From NCBI GenBank assembly GCA_965198005.1, contig CBDAOI010000004.1, positions 1,824,001 through 1,888,000 of the forward strand: 64,000 bases of DNA, read 5' to 3'. The notes beneath the pieces were generated by a model. It was not told the origin of the DNA, searched no databases, and saw nothing but the letters and a program-made list of their open reading frames with translations. This document shows, in pieces, positions 59,382-64,000 of the stretch (position 1 is its first letter; each line of letters opens with the position of its first letter). This DNA is from Spirochaetia bacterium. Lineage in GTDB: Bacteria > Spirochaetota > Spirochaetia > SZUA-6 > Bin103. A program made the translations under genes and the position numbers.

Positions 59382-60269
59382 TCAACTGCGGAAGTAGCGT
59401 GCCGGGAGCTCGCCGTGCCCCAGCATCGACAGGTCCCAACCGGGGGCCGCGCTCGCCGGCGGCCGCGGCCGCTGCGCCACGCTCGCCGCCAGCGCGGTGA
59501 CCTCGTCCAGCAGAGCCCCCAGCACGCCGAGGGCCGCGGCTTGGCCGAGCGGCACCAGCCGCACCGCCACCTGCGACCACTGGCGCACCACGGCCAGCAG
59601 ATACGCCTGCAGCAGCTCTACGGGGCCGAGGCCGAGGAGGCCGCCGGCCAAGCCCCAGGCCACCGGAAGCTGCAACCGTTCCGGCCGCCCGCGCCCGGCC
59701 GCCCGTACCGCAGCGTAGCACGGATTCCCGGCCAGCTCCGGGAAGGCCTGCAGCGCCGCGGTCAGCAGCGACCGCCCCAACTGGGCACCGGCGGCCCGCG
59801 CCTCGCGCGACGGCAGGAAGCTGGCGACCGTGTCGCTCAGGCGGGCAACCTCCCGCGCGGCGGCGGTCGCCGCGGCCGTGGCCGGAAGCGTTCCGTTCAG
59901 GCGCGGCGCCCCGGTCCCGGCTTGCGCCGCCGCTTGCGCCTCGATCCGACACGCCCGGTCCGTCTCAACCGCTCCGGCCGCCGGAGGGGTTCCGCTCAGG
60001 TGTAGCGTTTCGGCCCCGTCTCCCGCCGCCAAATACCGGCGGCTCAGGCGGGCGGCGCGCACCACTGCCTGGCCGTCGAGCGGCGCCACGCCGAAGCGCA
60101 CCACCTCCCGCGTCCAGCGCTCCAGCGTCGCCGCATCGGTCACCCAACCGGCGCGCACCGCCCACTCCAGCCCCCAGGAGTGCGCGAACGCACCGGTCGG
60201 CAGCGCGCTGTCGGCCAGAACCAGCAGCCGCGCGCGCGCCCGGTCACCCGCTTCCGTCGCCTTCACCAT
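59382..60269 (-). CDS. ureF: Urease accessory protein UreF
   Basis: DSALPTGAFAHSWGLE, AVRLVPLGQ, RYFRS end. Confidence 0.9.
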   Translation of the reverse strand: MVKATEAGDRARARLLVLADSALPTGAFAHSWGLEWAVRAGWVTDAATLERWTREVVRFGVAPLDGQAVVRAARLSRRYLAAGDGAETLHLSGTPPAAGAVETDRACRIEAQAAAQAGTGAPRLNGTLPATAAATAAAREVARLSDTVASFLPSREARAAGAQLGRSLLTAALQAFPELAGNPCYAAVRAAGRGRPERLQLPVAWGLAGGLLGLGPVELLQAYLLAVVRQWSQVAVRLVPLGQAAALGVLGALLDEVTALAASVAQRPRPPASAAPGWDLSMLGHGELPARYFRS

Positions 60270-60273
60270 CACA

Positions 60274-62086
<1,813 letters not shown>

Positions 62087-62094
<8 letters not shown>

Positions 62095-62488
62095 CGCGGA
62101 ATCCTCCCTCACGCACCGCGGCCATCGCGGCCGTGCGTACCGTTTCATCGTCCAGGGCGCCGCCCACCAGGCCGTTGAGGCCGTAGCACACCCGTTCCCC
62201 GCCGAACGCCATCAGGGTCACCAGATGGCGCTGCCCCGGCTCGAACCGCACCGCGGTGCCGGCGGGAATCGCCAGCTTCATGCCGTAGGCGCGGGCGCGG
62301 TCGAACTCCAACGCCCGGTTCACTTCGAAGAAGTGAAAGTGACTGCCCACCTGGATCGGACGGTCGCCGGTGTTGGCCACCTGCAACTGGAGCGTCTGCC
62401 GGTGCGGCAGGCTGCGCCAGGATGAGCGCGCGGTCCAGATCTGGCCGGGGGCCCAGCCGTTGCCGGCTGCCTGACGGTCGCCCTTCAT
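62087..62488 (-). CDS. ureB: Urease beta subunit
   Basis: [26 protein letters not shown]. Confidence 0.95.
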
Positions 62489-62784
62489 TGGATCGGGTGG
62501 TGGACGGTCACCAGCTTGGTCCCGTCGGGAAAGGTCGCCTCGATCTGCACGCTCGGAATCATCGCCGCCACGCCGCCCATCACCTGTTCCTCCGAAAGAA
62601 GCGAACTGGCCGATTCGACCACGTCGGTCAGCGGCCGCCCCTCGCGCGCCCACTCCATGATCTGGGTGGCGATGATCGCCGTGGCCTCGGGATAGTTGAG
62701 CTTGATCCCGCGCTGCAGCCGGTCGCGCGCGACCATGCCCGCGACCGCCAGCAACAGTTTGTCCCGCTCATGTGGAGTAAACAC
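62485..62784 (-). CDS. ureA: Urease gamma subunit
   Basis: [23 protein letters not shown]. Confidence 0.96.
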   Translation of the reverse strand: MFTPHERDKLLLAVAGMVARDRLQRGIKLNYPEATAIIATQIMEWAREGRPLTDVVESASSLLSEEQVMGGVAAMIPSVQIEATFPDGTKLVTVHHPIQ

Positions 62785-62800
62785 TCACTCAGTCCTCCTG

Positions 62801-62838
62801 TGTTACAGCGTCAGATGCCTGTTACAGCGTCAGGTGCC
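62801..62838. repeat. 19-bp tandem duplication of the urtE 3' end
   Basis: TGTTACAGCGTCAGATGCC / TGTTACAGCGTCAGGTGCC. Confidence 0.85.
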
Positions 62839-63520
62839 CCTCGACGACCGCGCGGCTGGCCACGTCCGCGTTGCCCTCGTGCACGAACACCCCATGGTCC
62901 ATCACGTAGACCCGATCGGCGAGACGCAGGGCGAAGTCGAGCGACTGCTCGACCAGCAGAATGGACAGCTCCCCGACGCCGCGGAGCTCGCGGATCGCCC
63001 GTTCGACTTCCTGCACGATGGACGGCTGGATGCCCTCGGTCGGCTCGTCGAGCAGGAGCAGCCGCGGCCCGGTAATGAGCACCCGCGCGATCGCGAGCTG
63101 CTGCTGCTGGCCGCCGCTCAGGTCGCCGCCGCGCCGGTCCAGGATGTGCTTCAACTCCGGGAACAGCTCGTACAGCCACGCGGGCATCTCGTCACGCGAC
63201 CGGCCGCGCGCCTCCAGACCGAGCAACAGATTCTCGGCTACGGTCAGAAACGGGAAGATCTCGCGTCCCTGCGGCACGTAGCCGATGCCGGCGCGGGCCC
63301 GCCGGTAGGAGGTCCAGCCGGTGACGTCGGCGCCGGTGAAGGTGATGTCTCCGGCACGCACGGCGAGCACCCCGATCAGGGTCTTCATCAGCGTCGACTT
63401 GCCGACCCCGTTGCGGCCCATCACCGCCACCACCTCTCCCGGCGCCACCGCCAGATCCACGCCGTGCAGCACCGTGGAGCTGCCGTATCCGGCCTGCAGG
63501 CCGCGCGTCTCAAGTAGCAT
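62822..63520 (-). CDS. urtE: Urea ABC transporter ATP-binding subunit
   Basis: GRNGVGKS, VPQGREIF, LSGGQQQQLAI, DEPTEGIQPS. Confidence 0.9.
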   Translation of the reverse strand: MLLETRGLQAGYGSSTVLHGVDLAVAPGEVVAVMGRNGVGKSTLMKTLIGVLAVRAGDITFTGADVTGWTSYRRARAGIGYVPQGREIFPFLTVAENLLLGLEARGRSRDEMPAWLYELFPELKHILDRRGGDLSGGQQQQLAIARVLITGPRLLLLDEPTEGIQPSIVQEVERAIRELRGVGELSILLVEQSLDFALRLADRVYVMDHGVFVHEGNADVASRAVVEGHLTL

Positions 63521-64000
63521 GGCCGCCGTCCGCCCCGCGCCCCAGGTACACGTCGATCACCGTGGGGTCGTTCCTGACCGTGTCGAAGTCGCCCTGGCAG
63601 ATCACCCGCCCCGCGTGCAGCACCGTCACCAGACTCGAAAACCGGCTCACGAACTGCATGTCGTGCTCGACCACCACCACCGAGCGGTCCGCCGCGATCG
63701 CTTTCAGGATGGTGCCGGTACGCTCCCGCTCGGCCGGGGTCATGCCCGCCACCGGCTCGTCCACCAGCAGCAGCTCCGGCTCCTGCACGATGGTCATCCC
63801 CAACTCCAGCCACTGCTTCTCGCCGTGGGCGAGCGTCCCGGCCGTCGCGTGGCGGAGATCGGTCAACCCCACCATCTCCAACACCCGGTCGATCCGCTGC
63901 GGCGCGGACGAGGAGTCCTGCCGGCGGTGGAACGTGGCCGCCAGGAAGCCGCGCGGCACCTCCACGGCCAGCTCCATGTTCTCGGCCACGGTGAGGCTGT
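63510..64000 (-). CDS. urtD: Urea ABC transporter ATP-binding subunit, 5' part outside the window
   Basis: LAHGEKQWLELGM, VDEPVAGM, VVEHDM. Confidence 0.88.
   Translation of the reverse strand, partial: SLTVAENMELAVEVPRGFLAATFHRRQDSSSAPQRIDRVLEMVGLTDLRHATAGTLAHGEKQWLELGMTIVQEPELLLVDEPVAGMTPAERERTGTILKAIAADRSVVVVEHDMQFVSRFSSLVTVLHAGRVICQGDFDTVRNDPTVIDVYLGRGADGGHAT

Overview
A 64-kb high-GC bacterial chromosome segment with no rRNA, tRNA or CRISPR array visible. The peptide-SBP style and accessory content are reminiscent of sponge-associated Spirochaetaceae-like genomes (inference, low confidence). The backbone is metabolic: TPP enzyme, three SDRs, vanadium haloperoxidase, alpha-hydroxy-acid oxidase, a lactonase/transketolase-like/two-aminotransferase cluster, proVWX, larEBC, recQ, modABC, malate synthase, pepF, ADH, mtnN, srkA and urtDE-ureABCFGD. 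It is punctuated by lower-GC defence or TA-like inserts and many gene remnants. Main leads: (1) a low-GC islet at 3.4-5.4 kb with two coupled unknown genes converging on a promoter-hairpins-terminator unit that may be a ~280-nt RNA; (2) an SPL-like radical SAM gene heading larE-larB-larC with no larA in the window; (3) a UGA-containing (UxxC) peroxiredoxin-like selenoprotein with a SECIS-like hairpin, which the ORF track splits in two; (4) an intact ABC-ATPase plus TOPRIM-like pair, and a second such pair cut by a 4.4-kb peptide-ABC cassette bounded by a 14/16 direct repeat; (5) an Rpn gene with an internal RBS/start for a small antitoxin; (6) many genes that look leaderless. All calls come from reading motifs by eye; no searches were run.
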